From Candidatus Thorarchaeota archaeon (GTDB taxonomy: Archaea; Asgardarchaeota; Thorarchaeia; Thorarchaeales; Thorarchaeaceae), in NCBI GenBank assembly GCA_029858305.1, contig JAOUFI010000083.1, positions 1-10,121 of the forward strand: a DNA stretch of 10,121 nt. Direction: 5' to 3'. The first letter of the stretch is position 1; every line of letters begins with the position of its first letter. This document shows, in pieces, positions 6,375 through 10,121 of the stretch. Position numbers and translations under genes: made by a program. The notes below the pieces were generated by a model. It saw only the letters and a program-made list of their open reading frames with translations. It ran no database searches and was not told the DNA's origin.

Positions 6375-7568
6375 TTGGCGACCTATGACCTAATTGTTGT
6401 TGGCGGAGGTCCAGCAGGTGCTACCTGTGCCCGAAGAGCCGCTCAACGTGGGCTTGAAGTATTGGTTCTTGAAAAGGCACATCATCCACGGCGAAAGGCC
6501 TGTGGTGGGGGTATCACAGTCAGAGTGAGGGATGCCCTAGACTTTGATTTGTTCTCTGTGATTGAGCGCGAAGTATACGGAGTGAGAATATACTCTCCTG
6601 GCGGATTGATTATCGAGCAGTCGTGTTCAGAGGCTTCCGGATTCACTGTTCGTAGAGAAGACTTTGACTCTCTCCTTCTTGATAAAGCCAAAGAGGTAGG
6701 AGCAGAGGTCATTGAAGGAGCTACGGTCACAGATGTCATAGAGGAGTCTGGTTCAGTCCTTGCAGTCACCGAGGATGCGACATACAATGGTCGTCTACTT
6801 GTGGGGGCTGATGGTGTCAACAGCGTTGTTGGAAGGAAAACGGGTATCAATAACGGTTGGCGAGATGATGAGGTGGGTCTCTGTATAGAAGCATCTGTCC
6901 CCTTGGATTCCTCCGAGATCTCAAGGATTGTACATGAGAAGTCCCTCGTTGAGATCTACTTTGGGCCAGTTCTCTATGGCTATGCATGGGCTTTTCCCAA
7001 GAAGACAGAGTTCAGTCTTGGTATAGGTGTACGCATTAGCAAAATGGAAAATTTCAAGGACGAGTGGAAGAGGTTTGTTGCTGGTTTTGAAGAGCGTCAT
7101 TCAGTCAAGTGTGACATGCGTGATGCCACTGCAGCCAGACTACCACTACGCGGTTCAATTAGGAACACGTGTTCTAAGAGAGTTATGCTAGTTGGAGATG
7201 CCGCTGGATATGTAGCTCCTGTCACCGGTGAGGGAATCATTTACGCAATTGAATCTGGAAAAATTGCCGCTGAGGTAGCTAGTGAAGAAGCACCAAAGGC
7301 ACAGAATGCAAATGTGTTCTCATATGAACAGAGATGTAAGGCGGCTTTCAACCAGGACCTAGTTATAGCTCAGTCATTAGCCAAACTTCTCCTGAAATCC
7401 AACAAGAACATGGAGTTAGCCTGTCAAGCAGCATATACTGACCAAGTTATGAGAGAGTATGTCATGGAACTCGTAATGGGCATAAGAGCATACAAAGAGT
7501 CAAGAGATCGCATTGTCAAACGCTTACTCAAAAGACATCCTATGAAGGCATTGAAACTAGTGGTATAG
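6375..7568 (+). CDS. Geranylgeranyl reductase family FAD-dependent oxidoreductase (DGGR-like)
   Basis: YDLIVVGGGPAG, PRRKACGGG, LVGADG, YAWAFP (YxWxFP), LVGDAAG..PVTGEGI. Likely TTG start at 6375 after GGGGAG. Confidence 0.93.
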   Translation: MATYDLIVVGGGPAGATCARRAAQRGLEVLVLEKAHHPRRKACGGGITVRVRDALDFDLFSVIEREVYGVRIYSPGGLIIEQSCSEASGFTVRREDFDSLLLDKAKEVGAEVIEGATVTDVIEESGSVLAVTEDATYNGRLLVGADGVNSVVGRKTGINNGWRDDEVGLCIEASVPLDSSEISRIVHEKSLVEIYFGPVLYGYAWAFPKKTEFSLGIGVRISKMENFKDEWKRFVAGFEERHSVKCDMRDATAARLPLRGSIRNTCSKRVMLVGDAAGYVAPVTGEGIIYAIESGKIAAEVASEEAPKAQNANVFSYEQRCKAAFNQDLVIAQSLAKLLLKSNKNMELACQAAYTDQVMREYVMELVMGIRAYKESRDRIVKRLLKRHPMKALKLVV

Positions 7569-7590
7569 ACCTCGAAGATTCGGTGCACGA

Positions 7591-7667
7591 TGGTGGGCCC
7601 GGGGCGACTTGAACGCCCGACCTACAGGTTATGAGCCTGCTGCTCTACCAAGCTGAGCTACGGGCCC
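7591..7667 (-). tRNA. tRNA with CAT anticodon, most likely tRNA-Ile2; intronless, CCA encoded
   Basis: GGGCCCG TA GCTC AGCTTGGTA GAGC A GCAGG CTCATAA CCTGT AGGTC GGGCG TTCAAGT CGCCC CGGGCCC A CCA. The GGGCCC acceptor is the archaeal Ile type, and it lacks the A1-U72 pair and three G-C anticodon-stem pairs of initiator Met. Confidence 0.9.
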
Positions 7668-7705
7668 AGGCAGTCACTTGGTGAAGGTTGAGCAAGTGAT
7701 TTGGG

Positions 7706-7718
7706 ATATTAACGTTGC
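7706..7718 (-). promoter_or_regulatory. BRE/TATA promoter of the CAT tRNA (GCAACGTTAATAT)
   Basis: Identical to the tRNA-Asn promoter 13-mer; about 40 nt upstream of the mature 5' end. Confidence 0.7.
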
Positions 7719-7879
7719 GAATGGAAACTCAAACTCGGAAGTAGAGTAAGTTACCAGTTCATCATATGCTACACTCCGATTCTAAAAAACCTACGAGTGC
7801 AATGAAATATAGCTGCAGGAATTCTCCGACTTTATATTCCCGAATCAAAACTACGAGAAAACTACTAGGGTTTGCTCAT

Positions 7880-8230
7880 ATGATTCTCATGTTCACTTCT
7901 GAGCATTGTGTGTGGTGTGATATACTCAAGAGGATGCTTAATGAAGAGTCAGAGGAGCTTGGCGGTCTCCAACCAATTTTTGAGGTAGATGTCGATAGAC
8001 ACCAACACATAACAGAAGCCTATGGGATTCTTGTTGTCCCAACTCTTGTTGCAGGTATGCAAAAGATCTCTGGGGTTCCAACGCAGTCTGACTTGAGGTC
8101 CTTTCTCCTCCACCTGAATCCTGTACCACAATCTCAGTCAGAACGTGCAGCTCCGAGTCATGTGTTACGCGAAGTACATAATTTGAGAGGATCTCAAGGG
8201 GAAGAGAAATCTGTCGTGCGAACATTGTAG
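7880..8230 (+). CDS. Thioredoxin-family protein (CVWC) with a C-terminal extension
   Basis: MILMFTSEHCVWC, FEVDVD, YGILVVPT (cis-Pro motif). TTTATAT TATA at 7831-7837 supports a start at 7880 rather than 7766. Confidence 0.88.
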   Translation: MILMFTSEHCVWCDILKRMLNEESEELGGLQPIFEVDVDRHQHITEAYGILVVPTLVAGMQKISGVPTQSDLRSFLLHLNPVPQSQSERAAPSHVLREVHNLRGSQGEEKSVVRTL

Positions 8231-8267
8231 CAATTTATAGATCTCAAACTCCTTTGTAGCCTCCTGC

Positions 8268-8280
8268 GCAATCTTAATAA
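8268..8280 (+). promoter_or_regulatory. BRE/TATA promoter of tRNA-Glu (GCAATCTTAATAA)
   Basis: Matches the GCAAnnTTAATAW pattern of the other two tRNAs; about 29-35 nt upstream of the mature 5' end. Confidence 0.7.
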
Positions 8281-8308
8281 CTACTTAGCAAAGTTCGCTG
8301 TCCAAACA

Positions 8309-8386
8309 GCCCCGATGGTGTAGTCCGGCCCAGCATCTAGGGTTTTCGACCCTATGACCCGGGTTCGAATCCCGGTCGGGGCACCA
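8309..8386 (+). tRNA. tRNA-Glu(TTC), intronless, CCA encoded
   Basis: GCCCCGA/TCGGGGC acceptor, TAGGG-TTTTCGA-CCCTA anticodon arm (TTC at 8345-8347), CCGGG-TTCGAAT-CCCGG T arm, ACCA end. Confidence 0.97.
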
Positions 8387-8609
8387 TTTTCCATTATATC
8401 ATTCAAAAAGGAGATTTTGAGATTTCCTTCACTTTCTGTAAAGATAGATAGACAAGAATCTCAATCAGTTCCCGCATGTGCTATGTGCAGAAGGGGAAAT
8501 ATAACAAGAGTAGGATAAGTAACTCATTTTTGAATCACACCAGAGAGTGATTCTAGCAACACTTTTTTGGATGAGCGACTAGGAGTTCTAAGATGAGGGC
8601 ATAGATACC

Positions 8610-9896
8610 ATGACAATTATGCTTACGTACACGAAAGAGGATGGTACACAAGAACAGGTCGAGTATGAAGAGTATGTTGAAAATATTGCACTCCATTTAC
8701 ATGGGATAGCCAGTATTGATCTGACCCCTCTTGCTACCTGCACCAGCCTGAAGGACCTCTATCTGCGTACGAATCAGCTCAAGTCGATAGACCTGAGTCC
8801 TCTGGCCACCTGCACCAGTCTACAGTACCTCAATCTGAACAGTAATCAGCTCAAGTCGATAGACCTGACCCCTCTTGCCACCTGCACCAGTCTGGGAGCC
8901 CTCGATTTGGAATATAATCAGCTCGCGTCAATAGACCTGACCCCTCTAGCCACTTGCACCAGCCTGAAGGCCCTCAATCTGGGTTCGAATCGGCTCCAGT
9001 CGATAGACTTGACTCCTCTTGCTACCTGCACCAGTCTACTGAGACTATTTCTGGACAGAAATTATCTCCAGTCGATAGATCTGACTCCTCTGGCCACCTG
9101 CACCAGACTTCAGGAACTTAATCTAGACAAGAATGAGTTTCAGTCCAAAGATGCACTATATTCATGGCTCAATCTTTATGAGTATAAGTTCCAGTTCAAC
9201 GATGCACTATATTCATGTCTCAAGCACTTGAAAGTCATATACAAAATACCAATCAATACCTACCCGTGGTCCTTTCTGTACAGAATTACTGAACTATTCG
9301 GGAAAGACTATCGCGTGCAGCAGGACATCCTCTATGCAATGGGATTCAGGAACTATGGGTTCATCGACTGCGACCTATCTGACTTCTTTCTCTCCATCCC
9401 TGCAGACACTCCTATTGATCTGGCTCGTGAGCAGGTTAGAGATAAACTGCTGGAGGATGTCGTTCAAGCCATTGACCAAGGACGAACAACAACAGGTCTC
9501 AATGTTGAAGAGATGAGCGCTCAGCACGTGGAGATAGCAGAGAGGTCTCAACGAATCAGCGATCTTCGAAAAGCAGAGATGAAACGAGTTTCTGTCGAAG
9601 TGAGTCGACCTAGGGGAACTAAGAGAACTAAGGAGGTGTACCTATGGGAACTATGGTTCACCGCCCATGGCTATGAAGTCCTGACCGCTCTTGAGATGGG
9701 CTACAGTACTGGTCTCAAAAGTAAACGTTTTGAAGAAGTCAAAAAAGCCTTCAAAGAGTTGGGATTCAAGCTGAAGACTGGCAAGAGATCAGGGGTAGAG
9801 ATGAGTGAGGAATTGAAACAGGCTATCTGGTGGATTATTGAGCACAAAGGACTCTCGTGGGAAATTCCTAATAGATGGGTCGGTCATTTACGATAG
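8610..9896 (+). CDS. Leucine-rich repeat protein with a helical C-terminal domain
   Basis: Six 24-aa repeats IDLTPLATCTSLxxLxLxxNxLxS; GAGGG SD. The C-terminal region (YPWSFL, YGFIDCDL, LWFTAHG) resembles the Thorarchaeota LRR family as I recall it. Confidence 0.95.
   Translation: MTIMLTYTKEDGTQEQVEYEEYVENIALHLHGIASIDLTPLATCTSLKDLYLRTNQLKSIDLSPLATCTSLQYLNLNSNQLKSIDLTPLATCTSLGALDLEYNQLASIDLTPLATCTSLKALNLGSNRLQSIDLTPLATCTSLLRLFLDRNYLQSIDLTPLATCTRLQELNLDKNEFQSKDALYSWLNLYEYKFQFNDALYSCLKHLKVIYKIPINTYPWSFLYRITELFGKDYRVQQDILYAMGFRNYGFIDCDLSDFFLSIPADTPIDLAREQVRDKLLEDVVQAIDQGRTTTGLNVEEMSAQHVEIAERSQRISDLRKAEMKRVSVEVSRPRGTKRTKEVYLWELWFTAHGYEVLTALEMGYSTGLKSKRFEEVKKAFKELGFKLKTGKRSGVEMSEELKQAIWWIIEHKGLSWEIPNRWVGHLR
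8715..9146 (+). repeat. 6 x 72-bp tandem repeat encoding the LRR units
   Basis: GACCTG at 8790 and 8862 shows the 72-nt period. Constant blocks are near-identical, separated by divergent codons. Confidence 0.95.
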
Positions 9897-9937
9897 TCGA
9901 CCCTATGACCCGGGTTCGAATCCCGGTCGGGGCACCA
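9897..9937 (+). repeat. tRNA-Glu 3'-half duplicate (attR-like)
   Basis: 41/41 identical to 8346-8386; lacks the tRNA 5' half. Confidence 0.97.
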
Positions 9938-9957
9938 CCTTTTCCAGACTTGTTTTA

Positions 9958-10121
9958 CTAATTAAGCGACAAACGCATATTGAAATTTGGGGAGCTATAG
10001 GAGTGCGTGAGGGCTCCTGAAGAGATGATGTCAATTGTGTTTCGCGCATAATCTCGTATGTTCTCTTCACTAATTCCTCCAGAAACCTCGAGAATGACTT
10101 TCTTTCGGAGACCTTCATTCT
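9958..10121 (-). CDS. nadC: Quinolinate phosphoribosyltransferase (nicotinate-nucleotide diphosphorylase), 3' end only
   Basis: Manual translation from 10119: NEGLRKKVILEVSGGISEENIRDYARNTIDIISSGALTHSYSSPNFNMRLSLN*. LEvSGGI and ISsGALTHS are NadC C-terminal motifs. The gene runs off the window edge and is absent from the ORF track. Confidence 0.9.
   Translation of the reverse strand, partial: NEGLRKKVILEVSGGISEENIRDYARNTIDIISSGALTHSYSSPNFNMRLSLN

Larger units (their letters stand above)
8346..9937 (+). mobile_element. tRNA-Glu-integrated mini-island (attL 8346-8386, attR 9897-9937) carrying one LRR gene, no integrase
   Basis: Perfect 41-bp direct repeat TCGACCCTATGACCCGGGTTCGAATCCCGGTCGGGGCACCA running from the anticodon to CCA; 1551-bp period. 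Confidence 0.8.

Noticed and set aside
7591-7667. tRNA-Met (initiator or elongator)
   Set aside because: The GGGCCC acceptor stem fits archaeal Ile2 and initiator hallmarks are absent. Elongator Met is not fully excluded without isotype-specific models.
8715-9146. CRISPR array or DGR variable region
   Set aside because: The repeats are in-frame coding units with synonymous variation. There is no cas gene, reverse transcriptase or template repeat, and differences are not restricted to adenines.
9603-9615. AGTCGACCTAGGG resembling the att boundary
   Set aside because: Only about 8 bp of match inside coding sequence; expected by chance.
9903-10118. 71-aa ORF ending VVPRPGFEPGS as the N-terminal fragment of an SSV-type split integrase
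   Set aside because: The motif is just the antisense translation of the tRNA T arm, the frame stops (TAG) inside the att repeat, and the region is explained by nadC in another frame of the same strand.

Overview
Archaeal chromosomal window. The LRR family, tRNA type and Shine-Dalgarno motifs suggest Asgard archaea (Thorarchaeota-like); this assignment is an inference. It holds three tRNA genes: a tRNA-Asn(GTT) that only folds after removal of THREE bulge-helix-bulge introns (37/38, 43/44, 50/51), a tRNA-Ile2-like (CAT) gene and tRNA-Glu(TTC). There are two ~1.5-kb integrase-less cassettes bounded by direct repeats at tRNA genes. One is a single hypervariable 24-aa LRR gene between tRNA-Glu and a perfect 41-bp copy of its 3' half, which starts immediately after the LRR stop codon. 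The other is a two-gene segment (exported protein + SAM methyltransferase) between two copies of the tRNA-Asn promoter/5' end. The remaining genes encode a polytopic membrane protein, a ZIP metal transporter, a PNPOx-like protein, a p24/GOLD-like type I membrane protein, a DUF6054-like protein, a geranylgeranyl reductase family enzyme, a thioredoxin-like protein and the 3' end of nadC (not in the ORF track).
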